A stretch of DNA of 64,000 bases from Octopus sinensis. Taxonomy: Eukaryota. Positions 49,936 to 62,933 of the stretch are shown here, piece after piece. The DNA is taken from the NCBI RefSeq assembly GCF_006345805.1, contig NC_042999.1, positions 72,912,001-72,976,000 of the forward strand, given 5' to 3'. The position numbers and the translations under genes are program-made. The stretch's first letter is position 1, and each line of letters begins with the position of its first letter. The notes beneath the pieces are model-generated. The model was not told where the DNA came from and ran no database searches. It saw nothing but the letters and a program-made list of their open reading frames with translations.

Positions 49936-51329
49936 AAGAGAACCTTCCGTTTCGCGACCGTTGCCAGCACCGCCCCGTTTCGTGTCCGTTGGCAGCCTCG
50001 CCTGGCCCTTGTGCCGGTGGCACATAAAAAGCACCATCCGTTCGTGGCCGTTTGCCAGCTCTGTCTGGCACCTGTGCGGGTGGCACGTAAAAAGCACCCA
50101 CTACACTCACGGAGTGGTTGGCGTTAGGAAGGGCATCCAGCCGTAGAAACACTGCCAGATTTGACTGGGCCTGATGAAGCCTTCTGGCTTCACAGACCCC
50201 AGTAGAACCGTCCAACCCATGCTAGCATGGAAAACGGACGCTAAACGATGATGATGATGATGATGATTAACTATGTCAGCATAATTTATGTCACATAAAA
50301 TTTACATGCACAACATTGGATGGAGTGGCTTAAAATGTTTTTACATTTTCTGAAATTTTTTTGAATGTTACATTTCAATTTAAGATTATGATTTAAAAAA
50401 AAAATTGAGAAAACAAGTTTTTTCTTTAATTAAATTAAATAAAAAAAATTGGGTGAAGTTCTAGAATAAGTATGCCTTCCACTCCTTGTAGCTTTTTCAT
50501 TTGTAATTTTTTTTCCAAAAAATTTCTTTGAATTTCTATTTTGAAACATTGGATGTTACAATTCTAGAAGCTGGAATCCACAAATTTGATTTTTTTATAA
50601 TCTAACAAACATTTCACATTTTCCAGTGTCTATGAAAGTAGTAATGCACAGGATATCTTTTTTTAAAACTTTTGTTTTTAAAGGGACATATTTCTTAAGG
50701 AAGGGCGAGATTAAAAATTGAATTTGTACAATATACAAACACACATTCAATATTTTTAGGATCCACAATCATTGTGTTGACAGTTATTTCTTCTGAAGGA
50801 AAAAATAAATTTTTTTCTTACCTATGTTTATGCAAATATATATATAAAATAGATTTCAAATTTTGGCACAATGCCAGAAACTTTAGGAGTGGAGATAAGT
50901 CAATTACATCAACCCCACTGCTCAACTGATACTTATACTGACCCTGAAAGGATGACAGGCAAAGTCATCCCTGGTGGCATTTGAACTCAGTATATAAGTT
51001 GGAAGAAATACTGCTAAGCATTTTGTTCATAATGATTCTACTAGGTTTCTGCTCTTTGTGAATATATAATTATTAACACGGTTTTTCAATCTGGACCTCT
51101 TTTCCTTTGAAAGTTTCAAATTTCTATTTTTACACTATCAGAGACATGATTCTGGGAGGAGTTGGGAAAAGGGAATCTACAAATTTAATTTTTTTATCTA
51201 ACAAATATTTCATGTTTCTCAGTGTTTATGAAAGAAATAATAATTGGTATGTGTTGTATGTGTGTAGAATCCTCAATGTAAAAAGAAAAATCTTTGCCTA
51301 CATGTGTATACAAGTGTACATAACCAAAC

Positions 51330-51715
51330 CTGTGTGGTTAAGAAGTCCACTTTGCTACCATGTAGTTTTGAATTTAATTTCACTGTAGCTTCAGTATCTT
51401 CTGTAGCCTCAAGTTCATTAATAACTTGTGAGTGAATTTGGTTGATAGAAACAGCAGAAAGTCTGTTGCACATGTGTGTTTATGTGAGCATCTGTGTTTG
51501 TGTTATATGTGTGTTTGTGTGTCTGTGTTTGTCCCCCCAACATCGCTTGACAACCGATGCTGGTGTGTTTATGTCCCCATAACTTAGCAGGCTGGCAAAA
51601 GAGACCAATAGAATAAGTACTAGGCTTACAAAGAATAAGTCCTGGGGTCGATTTGCTTGACTAAAGGTGATGCTCCAGCATGGCCACAGTCAAAATGACT
51701 GAAACAAGTAAAAGA
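51330..51715 (+). mobile_element. tRNA-derived SINE (CCTTGGGCAAG family)
   Basis: The 3' body is nearly identical to the 46143 copy. The head is more diverged. Confidence 0.8.
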
Positions 51716-52513
51716 TGTGCATGGAGTTGCATGACTTGATATTCCATACTTGTTACTGTTGGATCAAAATGGTGATAATATTTACATTCCTTATTGACAT
51801 GATCAGCTACATTGAGCTTTCAAAGACCTAGGCAACAAAAATTCCTTATTTGAACAACATCCAGCTGCAAATCCTGCTACAAATAACTTTGTGTCTAACC
51901 CATGCTAGCATGGAAAAACAGTCGTAAAATAAGGAACGAGCTAATACCTAGAGACCTAGAACTACTTAGATTTATGTCTGGGTGCGCAGTCAAACCATTT
52001 GGAGAAAGAAAACTCCAGAACCAAACCAAATAATTGGAAATATCTAGAAGATATTCTGATATGAAAAAAGTCTATGATTGAAATAGTCTCCAATTATCTT
52101 GCTTTTGGTTGCCACAAGGATATTTAACTATGGATTCTTAGAAAGTGGTAACATGGTATTTAAGTGCATGTTGCTGTAATCAAATGATGCACAGATGCCT
52201 CATTAAGGTGGAAAGATGAAATAATCATCATATAGACACCTGTACAGCTAAAACGACTGAAATATTCATAAACAACTCTCTTTGCTTTATTCCCACATGT
52301 GACTGCATCTTCCACTATTGTTTCTCTTTGGATGTGTATCTGTTTGAATATATCATCATCATTTTAATGTCCATTTTCAATTCTGGTATGGGTTTGATGA
52401 GTTGCCTCTCTAAGTCAATTCTCATTTTGGGTTATTGATTGACCAGAGGACTACATCTCATTTATATGTTCCATTTTGACATAAATTCTGTGGGTCGATA
52501 CCCTGCTAATACC

Positions 52514-52746
52514 TATTTCTTTACTACTCACAAGGGGCTAAACACAGAGAGGACAAACAAGGACAGACAAACGGATTAAGTCGATTATATCGACCCCAGT
52601 GCATAACTGGTACTTATTTAATCAACTCCAAAAGGATGAAAGGCAAAGTTGACCTCGGCGGAATTTGAACTCAGAATGTAACGGCAGACGAAATACGGCT
52701 ACGCATTTCGCCCGACGTGCTAACATTTCTGCCAGTTCGCCGCCTT
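52514..52746 (-). mobile_element. tRNA-derived SINE (third family) with 15-bp TSD
   Basis: Head AGGCGGCGAACTGGCAGAAATGTTAGC..GAGTTCAAATTCC. TACCCTGCTAATACC is duplicated at 52499-52513 and 52747-52761. Confidence 0.9.
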
Positions 52747-53829
52747 TACCCTGCTAATACCAATCACTTAACAAAGTGTACTGCGTACATTTTATAGTGG
52801 TACTGCTCCTTGAGAGGTTGTCATATTCTGAACATAATATAAGATTCATTTCAACCTTGTGTTATCTTTGATAGTTATCTAAGCATTTTACAGAGTATAT
52901 TGGATGCATTTTATTGTGACACCAGCACTATTTGGGTTGCCTTGTACCTTGGAAACTAAAGAGTACTTATTACTGTAGGCTGTCTCTGTTCCTTTAAGCA
53001 ATGCAACCAAGATGGTCAACAAGTGAAGCTAAACAACAGGGAATGAACTTTGGTTAGATAGGGAAGGCTGGCAGAGGAGTAAGTAATGGGAAAGACAGTG
53101 CTGAAAGAAGTAATAGAACACAGACAGTAGTGACAGAGATCAATATGAGAGAGACAGTGATGGTAGCTGAATGCTGGCCAGTAAGACAGCAAGCAAGTGA
53201 AATGGTCATTGGTAAGAGAAAATGGTAGATGTCAGTAATTAGTAATCTAGTGCTGCGTAAGTGTGGTGGTCACTGATAAAAGGGAACATGATGGTCAGAG
53301 AGAAAGATGATGCAATGGTTAAGGGAGAGAACAAGTGTTGGATAATCACAAAGAAGGGCTGTATCTCTTACTGAGATACAGAGAGTGATGGATGTCAATA
53401 ACAAATAAGCTGGGAGAGAGGGATCATTGGTTCACAGTTAAGAAAGGTGATGGTGGAATGGATTTAATGCAGCCAGTCTTTTGTTGCATAAGCATTGTGA
53501 AGGAAGTGGTAGAGAAAAGTAGAGGGATATAAATGATGGCAGTATATATACGTGTACACCTTCAGGAGGGTGAAGGAGCAAGCTCACCTGTCCCAGCCTC
53601 CTTGATACTCCTCTTATAGGGAATCAGTGGATGAGAGATCCTAATATAGATATACAACTTAATCCCCTCCACCCCCTCCCTCTCCCCATTTTAATGTATG
53701 TTTTTCTGTGTTTTTATGGGACTGTGAGTCTTCTCCGACACTGTGTGTACCAATTATTACAGCCTTTTGTCATCTCTTTCCTGAGTCACACCATCTTGAG
53801 ATCAGTCTTCTCCACTTAGTCTCCTCCCT

Positions 53830-54165
53830 CATCCACAGGTTCCATCCACTTTAGAGTACTCAATCAACTGACACCTTCAAGATGCTTCCAAATGTACCAA
53901 CAGTCTCTCTCACTCACCCTCTATATCTGATTCTTATATCCAGTTTTTTTCCCTCTCAGCTTATTTGTAATTTGTTCTTCATGCACATCTGCACATCGAG
54001 CAAAGCAAGCTTACTTGGTTCTTTCTATTCTTCACAAATCTGCTTCAGTCAAGTCACATGTCTTGCTATTATACAACATTACAGTTTGTACAAAAGCATC
54101 AGTCTCCTCTTCACTTTAGGGGAGAAACTCTTTGTTGCCAGAGAAGTAACAGCTTACTGAATTTT
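53830..54165 (-). pseudogene. Decayed RTE C-terminal fragment
   Basis: Reverse complement gives LLLATKSFSPKVK-like sequence matching LLVTKGLSHRVK. Confidence 0.6.
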
Positions 54166-56029
54166 TACTATCCCATTCTTACTCTGGCTTCCATTCTTTC
54201 AGCATACCCTCTTCAGCTGCTGATTAGACCACTTAAATAGCAAAAGTAATCAGCTGCCTGTAATGAGCTTTGCTAGGTTGTAAAGCCATACCATATTCAA
54301 AATCTATCTTATTTGACAGGCTGCATGGAATCCTATAACACTTTTTTGCATCCATAGTTTACACTTTGTTCGAGATACGAAATTTTTGACTACTACTTTT
54401 CTGCATATCAAGGGATGCCATTTCCCTAAAGGTCATCTATACCTTGTCTTCTTTCCAATTTATTAAAACTTCAGTCTTTGATTAGTAAGTTTTGCTTCCA
54501 AATCTGAAATGTCTTCTCTAAAATCACCTACAGATATGGCAATAATTAATACAGTTTTGGGTTTGTATGTGTGTAAGCATCTAAGTGTGTGTATGTGTGT
54601 GTGTGCATGCGTGCGTGCATGCGTGTGTGTGTGTGTGTGTGTGTATGTGTGTAATGTGCAGTACACACATTTACAAACTGGAAAGTTAGTGACATCAATT
54701 TTGCCTAAGAAAAAGAAACATGGCTTAAGTTAATTTCTGCACATGTTCTTCTGATACAGTTTTGGTCATTTTCTCTACATGTACTTTATAAAAGACTAAA
54801 AGATGTGACAAGTTTGTATTTGACTGTCTCTGTCTGTCATTCTGTTCTTTCCCCTCCCCCCCCCCACATTTTTGTGTTAACAGACAAAACTAAGCTACTC
54901 TATTTACAATAGGTCTCATTCATTAGCTGAGAGAACACCAAATATCTCTAGCCTAATAGTTTTCAACATTTCTGTTTTGCAATTTCTTGTTTCACAATTC
55001 CATTACTTATACAATCTAAATATTAATGAGAATTTTGAATGAAAACTGCCAGATTGAACACAACTTTGAGATTTTAAGGACTGTAATATCAAAGTAAATA
55101 CTTTGACCAGCTCAGAGTGAAGAATGTGGGAGTGATTTATGAGATTTTAACATAATATGGAGAGGGTAACACCACATGAAGTTTTGAAGAGAGTTCAATT
55201 TGTGACATTCTAGATAATGCTGGTGAAGCCTGCATAATAATAATAATAATAATAAAAACAACAACATTTTATTTGGCCTTTTCTTCTGATATTGGTCCCA
55301 GTCTATCAGAAAATGCAAGATCAGTGAAGGTTTCTTCCTTTAATAATTTTTGAGATTATGACTGAAGCAAAATCAATATGTGGAATAATTAAAATGGCCG
55401 ACTATGAATGAGGATAAATAGCTGCCCACCTGCTTAGTTGAAATGTGTCCATATCTTCATGGCAATGTAGTGATTATCAAGAATAATCAATTATTGGACA
55501 CAAGAAGTGAACATACTAGCTATAATTATACCATCAGTCCAATGAATAGAAATTGTTTTATGTCCCCAGTGTATCATTCTTATCAGTGACCAAAAGTGAT
55601 TGAGATATTATCACCTTTGTATAAAGCAAGGCCTCTGATAGAAACAATATTGGAAATCTGCCACATATAATATTGCCCAGGCTGTTGTTGAGTCCCAAGT
55701 CAACCTTGATCAAGCAGGCATTGTAACTGTGACAATCCCATATTGTAGGTGTCTCAAGAACCAAGTATCTAATATGCCCTCTTTTTAAAGATGGTTAATG
55801 TAGCTATTTGATGGGTAATTTGGTTGCTAGTTCCAGGAGGATAAACAACTGCATAGAGGCTCCCTCTTTGACTTGTAGAGAACATGTGTGGTGGGAGGTT
55901 ATGAAGCGATTTTGAATTTCTCTTTGTATCATAATCTATTGATATATTTTTTTAACACTGTTCTACTGTTGAATATCTGGACATAGATGCCAGAAATGGT
56001 AGCATGCCTTTTATGTCTGTTTATGTCTA

Positions 56030-56500
56030 TACTTGCATGGGTTGAACAGGGACTTCTGTAGCCCTTTGGCACTTCTTTTATGAGTTTCCTCCTCTTGAGA
56101 TCAGCTTTTTCAGTTCTTCCCAAGTCATCCTAGGTTTTCTCTTCTGCAGATTCTTTTCATTTGGATCTTTTGGCATTTCTTTATTCAAGTGTCTTTCCCC
56201 ATATGCAAAGTATATCCAAACCAGCTCAGTCTTCTCTTGAACATACTTCTGATTCCTCTTATACCCATTTTTTTATTTTATTTAACTCATTTGTACTCTG
56301 TCCTTCATGTACACCATCATTACACATCCAGTGGAGCATATTCAGTTTACTTCTTTCATCCATTCATACTTCCTCCACAATTCAGTGTCAATGTTTCACC
56401 ATTATGCAACATTATACTTTGTATGCAAGTATCATACACTCACCCATTCACTTGGAGAGGGAGTACCTTTATTGCCAGCAGAGGTAATAGCTTCCTGAAT
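56030..56500 (-). pseudogene. Decayed RTE C-terminal fragment
   Basis: Similar to the 5284-5870 remnant (..KADLKRR..; AGGTACTCCCCTCTCCAAGTG block). Confidence 0.6.
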
Positions 56501-56555
56501 TTTTCCATCATGTTCATACTTAGGATACTATGCTTTCAGAATACTCTCTTCCATT

Positions 56556-57120
56556 AATCATCATCATCAATATCTTTTAATGTCCGCTTTCCATGCTAGC
56601 ATGGGTTGGATGATTGACTGAGGGCTGGCGAACCAGATGGCTGCACCAGGCCTCAATCTTGATCTGGCAGAGTTTCTACAGCTGGATGCCCTTCCTAACG
56701 CCAACTACTCTGAGAGTGTAGTGGGTGCTTTTACGTGCCACCGGCACAGGGCCAGTCAGGTGGTACTGGCAACAACTTCACTCGAATCCCTTACACATGC
56801 CACTGGCACAGGTGCCAGTAAGGCGATGCTAGTAATGATCACACTCGAATGGTGTCTTTTACGTGCCACCGGCACGGAAGCCAGATAGCCGCTCTGGCAA
56901 TGATCACGCTCGGATGGTGCTCTTAATACCCTACTAGCACGGGTCTCGAGTGCCAGTAAGGCAACGCTGGTAATGATCATGCTCGAATGGTGCCTTTTAA
57001 GTGCCACTGGCACGGAAACCAGTTAGTCGCTCTGTCAGTGATCACGCCCGTATGGTGTTCTTTGCACCCTGCTAGCTTGGGCGCCAGTCATCGAATTTGA
57101 TTTTGATTTTGATTGCGTCA
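56556..57120 (-). mobile_element. RTE-tail element with ~60-65-bp tandem array
   Basis: Conserved tail at 56556-56730, then about 5 units with TTTTACGTGCCACCGGCAC / GATCACGCTCGAATGGTG. Confidence 0.82.
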
Positions 57121-57364
57121 ACAGAAGAAAAGCTGTCAACTACTTCTGTGGAACCCACTTGGCAGAATTTATTTTGTGGATGCGCTTGCTGTTAATTATG
57201 TTTGTGCATCTGCTATATATGCAGTCTTCTGTTATGCATCTGTGCACCCATAGTTTACTCTGTATGAAATTCTTATCAGCTCCTTTTCTGCATATTGAGA
57301 ATGGTCGTCACTTCCCCAATTGTTGTAGAATTGCATTTTCTCTTCTAATTAAAACTCTTGTCTT

Positions 57365-57745
57365 TGTCATCTTTTATTTTTATATTTTTACTTCTTTCAG
57401 TCATTAGAATGTGGCCATGCTGGGGCACCACCTTTGTAGGGTTTTTAGTTGGACAAATCAACTCCACTACTTATTTTTTCAAGTCTGGTACTTATTCCAT
57501 CAGTCTCTTTTGTGAAACTTTTAAGTTACAGAGACACAACCAAACCAGCATTGATTGTGAAGTGGTGGTGGGGACGGATGGACACACACACACACACCTT
57601 GGGCTTCCACGCAATTTTCATCTGCCAGATTCACTCACAAGGTATTGGTTGGTCTGGGCCTATAGTAGATAACACATATCCAAGGTGCCAGGCAGTGAAA
57701 CTGAACCTGAAACCATGTGGTTGCAAAGCATGTTTCTTAACCACA
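57365..57745 (-). mobile_element. tRNA-derived SINE (CCTTGGGCAAG family)
   Basis: Homologous to 46143-46540. Confidence 0.75.
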
Positions 57746-58316
57746 CATCAATGCTTGCACCTATTCTCTTATTCTTTTACTTGTTTCAGTCATTTGACTG
57801 TGGCCATGCTGGAGCACCGGCTTTAGTTGAGCAAATCAACCCCTTTATGATCTCTTGATTCTATGTTTTCTTTCACATATACAATATCTTCACTAATTCT
57901 TTAGGTCATCAACATACTGAACTTCCCATGGCTAGCTCATTTTAAATTCTTCTGGTTTGATCTGGAGAAATATAGTAAATAGCAAGAGGGATAAAAACTG
58001 AACATAGTGAACTCTCACTTTGCTGAAAGCATTTCTGTACATGGGTTGCATGGCTCATAGGCCATTCACCTACACCTTATTTTCTTAGTGATTACCATAC
58101 TACAGAGCATAGAAGCTATTCAAAGGCTTTCTTCAGGTGAAGGAATGATAGTTATAATGGTTTGCTTTTTGCTAATAATTTCTTTTGTGGCTATTGCTAG
58201 TGGTGGCTGCAGCTGCTGCTGTGTTGGCATTGTTGTTTAACATCCATCGCTAGGAAAAGGGCAATGATAGTACCCTGTCGTAGCACAAGTCTGAACTGCA
58301 GTTTTCTTTCTAATTA

Positions 58317-58532
58317 TGAGTAGGTGCTGAAAAGTTGCTGGCTTTAAGGATATCATGAAAGGCCTGGTTAGAAGCCAGCCCTCCAAGTTCTTTTACAGGG
58401 CTTAGAAAAACTGAAGGACCACTGCAATATGTGTGTGAATCTGTGTGGGAAATATGTTGAATAAAATCATAATTAACTGATCCTCCTGTATTTTCTTTTA
58501 GCCAAAGCCAGGAACTTTTCAGCACCTCTTTG
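58317..58532. mobile_element. Tc1/mariner-type MITE
   Basis: TIR GGTGCTGAAAAGTT(G/C)CTGGCTTT at both ends, flanked by TA. Confidence 0.8.
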
Positions 58533-59444
58533 TAATTGTACTGTAATTCTTTGTTATTTTTCTGTCTGATTATTAGTTTTATACCTCTGCAGTTGCTTTT
58601 TTCTAGAGTATTACTTTTACAGTTGTAACAACTAGTTATGACACTGTTACACTAATCATTGAGAATGGTCCTTTTCCGTTGTTACCTAAAGAAATAGTGC
58701 ATGTCCCACTTGCTAAATATCTTTAGCATTTCTACAGCTTTCCATTACGAACCAGCTGCTTTGCCTGCCTTCATATTCTAATGGCAATTTTAACCACATA
58801 CCTGTCAATTTCAATTCCTGGTTCATCTACTGGAATATAGTAATCCCAACTATCTCTCAGGCATTCTCCTTGTTCAGCAACCTCATAATAGAATTTCCAC
58901 TCTTCTTTCCTCATCATGTTAATGAGTGTGAGCTGCTATTATTCAAGCTTCTCATGCAAGCTTCTCGCCAGTGACATCCTGATTCATGCTGACACTACTA
59001 CTTTGCAATCCAGAACATCCAGTGCTTCTGATATTCATATTGCAATGTCTTTCCACTGCTTTTCTTACTTTTCACACTAATGCATGCAGTGCAAATGATA
59101 GATAGGTTTCTGAAGGTTGGTCTGTGAGTAAAAGTATCAGCTACGCTTAAACAGCTGGAAGTTAGGGTAAAGTGTAGAGGTACGCTGCATGATATAACAT
59201 TAATTTGTGTGTTGGATATATTCTTTTATTGAATCAATAGAAATGTAAAAATATTGACACTAATATTTTGAAAGTGATGTCAGTCAAATTGTGTGCCAGG
59301 TGTATTGTGTGTGTGTGTGTAACATGTTGGGTCTAAAGTTAACAAACAAGCCCTTAAATGTATATAAAGTACAACATGGGGAGAAGTTCTCTCAGCAAAA
59401 ATAAATATTGTCCACCTGTTGAAATATCTCTCATATCTATGTGC

Positions 59445-59591
59445 AGGCATTGCTGTGTGGTTAAGATGTTTACTTTGCAATGATGGGGTTTTGAGTTCAG
59501 TTCCTACTGTGCAGAGCACCTTGGCAAGTGTCTTCTACTCCAGACTTGCAAATGCCTTATAAAGTGAATTTGATAAATGGCAATTGTGTGG

Positions 59592-59649
<58 letters not shown>

Positions 59650-59830
59650 CCTCATATTTATTTGTCCCCCCCACCCTTAACAACTGGTGCTGATGTATTT
59701 ACGTCCCTATAACTTAGTGGTTCAACAAAATGGATCAATAGAATAAATACCTGACTTAAGAAAAAAGTACTGGGGTCAATTTGTTCAACTAAATCTTCAG
59801 GGTGTTGTCCCAGCATGACTTCAGTCCAAT
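59445..59830 (+). mobile_element. tRNA-derived SINE (CCTTGGGCAAG family) with long internal (GT)n
   Basis: Head GCTGTGTGGTTAAGA..GAGTTCAGTTCC, core GCACCTTGGCAAGTGTC. Confidence 0.75.
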
Positions 59831-61988
59831 GGCTGAAATAAAGAAAAAGATAACTGATAAAGATATATTGCGTGTCATTATATAAGCTCTTGCTCTGTAG
59901 GATTAGGATTATTTTGCTACTTAGCTAATTGATTTATGCCATTTCCCCTTCTGCACTCCTCTATGAAAACATTGCATTGTAAATGCAGTTCTCCCCACTG
60001 AGAATTGAACCTTGCACCTTTTTGTCTGTCTAGCCAGCAGGGGATATAGGTTTTGAATACCATCATACATCATTGCATATTTTATTTTCAATTGTCATAT
60101 TTACCTTTGCCTGTTTGTTTACAGTTACTCTCAACTATTATATTTTATCATTTGTAGATACACATACATAAACGTACATGGAAATATACGCATTCACTTT
60201 AATTATTTTGCTAGTTTTAGTCATTCAGCTATGACCACATTAGGACATTGGCTTTTGAGAGCTTTTAATTGATTATTTTGCTGAATTTGGAAAGAGGAAT
60301 GGCCAAAGTCACTTGTGTGTTAAGAGATATAACCAAATACTACAAGTTATTTTCTCTGATACTCCACCAATTTTGCCACCCACCATGTGTGTATAAACAT
60401 GCACATGTACATACATACATAAGTGTATAAATAAACATATGCACGTGTGTGCATATATCAATTATCATTACTTCATGTCTGCTTTCCATGCTGGCATGAG
60501 TTGAACGCTTTGATAGGATCAGATGCATTGTAGGACATTGTCTTGCTCCGGTGTCTCAGTTTTGGCATAGCTTCTGCTACTGGATGCTCTTCCTAATAAC
60601 AATAATTACTATAAAACAAATTTTAAATTTTGGGAAGAATTTTGGATATATATTTGGTAATTTGAGAAACAAACTATACCAGTGAGTGAGCCTCTATTGT
60701 GGTTATTTCACTGGCTATAATTAGTTGATAATTAGTAGATAGATATCTTGAAACTGCATCGTGCTGTCTTAAAACGACTAAAGACATTGGTCATTGTAAT
60801 TCTTGATATATAAAAAGATAAGATGGTCATAGCTGGATCACTTTTCATCATATTTCTTCTCAATAAACTTAGACTCTGAACTAAACAATGAAAGACAAAA
60901 TCATATACATATGTATGCATGCACGCGCGCGCGCGTGCACACACACACAATTGGGTTATTATATAAAAACCAAAATCACTTAAGCAAGGAAAATTGAATA
61001 TTATAGAAATACATTTATGCATGTAGTTACATAGAAGCCAATTGTCTTTTTAATATATTGGTAGTTTTAATGGTTAGTGGCATAAAATGCATTCATTCAA
61101 ATATTATACATACACACACATTGTAAAGAAACTCAATTTCTATCAGATATTGGTGTTTATAATAGTTAGTGGTGCAAAATACATTTAAATAGTGGACCAC
61201 ATATGTAGATGACTATCTTTACTCCCACACAGTTACATAAAATTACTTGTGTAGTCCTTTAGTTATTCCTTAAAGCTAATAAAGAATACAAAATCATACA
61301 CAATGCAAATAATGATTTTTTAAAAAATTGTTATTTATAGTTGAAATCATGCCAAAACAAAAAAATAAAAGAGGAAGAGATGAAAAGTGGAGACACGTAC
61401 AATACAGACCCCTTGGTACATGCAGCCTGTGTAGGAGAACATAAACTTTGAATAAACTACAGTTAGTCCATGTTATATAGTGGTTGGAAACAAAAGGAGT
61501 ATCCAGTTGAGTGTTTGGGTGGGTGTTTGGATGGTGAGGCATACAAAAGATGGCTTGTTTTCCCTACTGCTGTGTATGTTGCATGATGAAAGATTCATAA
61601 CAAGTGTTGCAAGACAAGAGACTCTTCTTACTCATGCTGGAATCGAAAAGTAGATGTAAAATAGTGAGTCCCTAACCAACTCTAATTGAGCAGAGCAATG
61701 ATCAAAGACATTTCAGCCTTGATCATCATGTCTTTTTAGGAAAATATATTCCATTATCTAATATGTCCTTTGTATATTTTATCTTGGTTGTCTGTGATTC
61801 AAAGGAGATTTACTTGCTGTATCTTAAAGGTTGAGCAACTATATAAAAGAATCCTCATTGGCTTTCTTTTTTCAGTAATTTTGAACCTTGGTAGTCTTCA
61901 GTTAATGGTGGGCATAGGATCTTTCCCTATATACAGCTGATCCCTGATTTATGTAACAAGTAATTAGAATATAATTTATCATTCATGC

Positions 61989-62219
61989 TATTTCCCTTCT
62001 CTCTCTCCCTCTTTTACGTTGTCTGCCATCCCCCCTCTTCCTTTGCTAAGAGCATTTTTAAGCCAGCCGTCATATTCCCGTGTCAGGCCGAAGAACGAAA
62101 TGTTCCCAAGATAAGAGAGTCTTTCTAATCTAATGTTGTGGTTGAGCTGTTATTATTATTATTATTACTATTATTAGTAGTATTAGTATTGTCCCTTTGA
62201 TCCTCGGTCGAAAATTTGC

Positions 62220-62273
<54 letters not shown>

Positions 62274-62444
62274 TTTCAGCTTCGCCTTGTATTGCATATT
62301 ATTTCTCCATACAGGGGTTTTTTCAATGGCGGCCCATTTTCGCGGGGTTCCACTATTCCCTTCTCTCTCTCCCTCTTTTACGTTGTCTGCCATCCCCCCT
62401 TTCCTTTGCTAAGAGCATTTTTAAGCCAGCCCGTCATATTCCCG
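61989..62444. repeat. ~91-bp direct repeats (61989-62080, 62354-62444) flanking a 273-bp insert
   Basis: TATT(T)CCCTTCTCTCTCTCCCTCTTTTACGTTGTCTGCCATC...GTCATATTCCCG occurs twice, near-identical. Confidence 0.9.
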
Positions 62445-62689
62445 GTGCACCGCCCTTGCCCACCCCCACCACCAATACCGGATACCTCTATATTTTTGCT
62501 CCATCTATACCGGATGTCGCTTCTCCCACCACCATTATAGGTGTCTACTCTTCGACCCCCCTCTTCAATACGCTATTGACCATGCATTACCCCTCTCTTG
62601 ATATCCTACGTTCTACTTGCCTAGAACCTGTCATCATTCTCTGAACCACCCCTCCCCGCTGGTGCTCCCCTATATTTCTCCCCCCCCCA

Positions 62690-62933
62690 CATAAAAAGCA
62701 CCATCCGAACGTGGCCGATGCCAGACCCCTCTGGCACCTGTGCAGTGGCACGTAAAAAACACCCACTACACTCGCGGAGTGGTTGGCGTTAGGAAGGGCA
62801 TCCAGCTGTAGAAACACTGCCAGACTAGACTGGAGCCTGGGGCAGTCCCGAGCTCCCCAGACCCCGGTCGAAACCGTCCAACCCGTGCTAGCGCGGAAAA
62901 CGGACGTTAAATGATGATGATGATGATGATGAT
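62690..62933 (+). mobile_element. Young RTE-tail copy
   Basis: ACATAAAAAGCACCATCCG..GGAGTGGTTGGCGTTAGGAAGGGCATCCAGC..(GAT)n. Confidence 0.85.

Larger units (their letters stand above)
46799..50267 (+). mobile_element. 5'-truncated young RTE-clade LINE
   Basis: Begins mid-APE (ILKIRLVL..TIISAYAP), has one stop at 46913-46915, then a long ORF, a 3' UTR and a (GAT)n tail. Confidence 0.95.

Noticed and set aside
50171-50195. CTGATGA followed by an AGCC-TTCT-GGCT hairpin, as a possible hammerhead
   Set aside because: No GAAA follows the stem. Other tail copies read CTGGTGCAGCC here, so it is a chance variant.
46790-50275. TSD for the large RTE insertion (ACTAT near both ends)
   Set aside because: Too short and not flush with the junctions.
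62130-62644. ORFs with poly-I/poly-L runs (and similar microsatellite ORFs at 36203-37951 and 42377-42702)
   Set aside because: They are translations of (ATT)n, (GA)n, (GT)n and (AT)n repeats.
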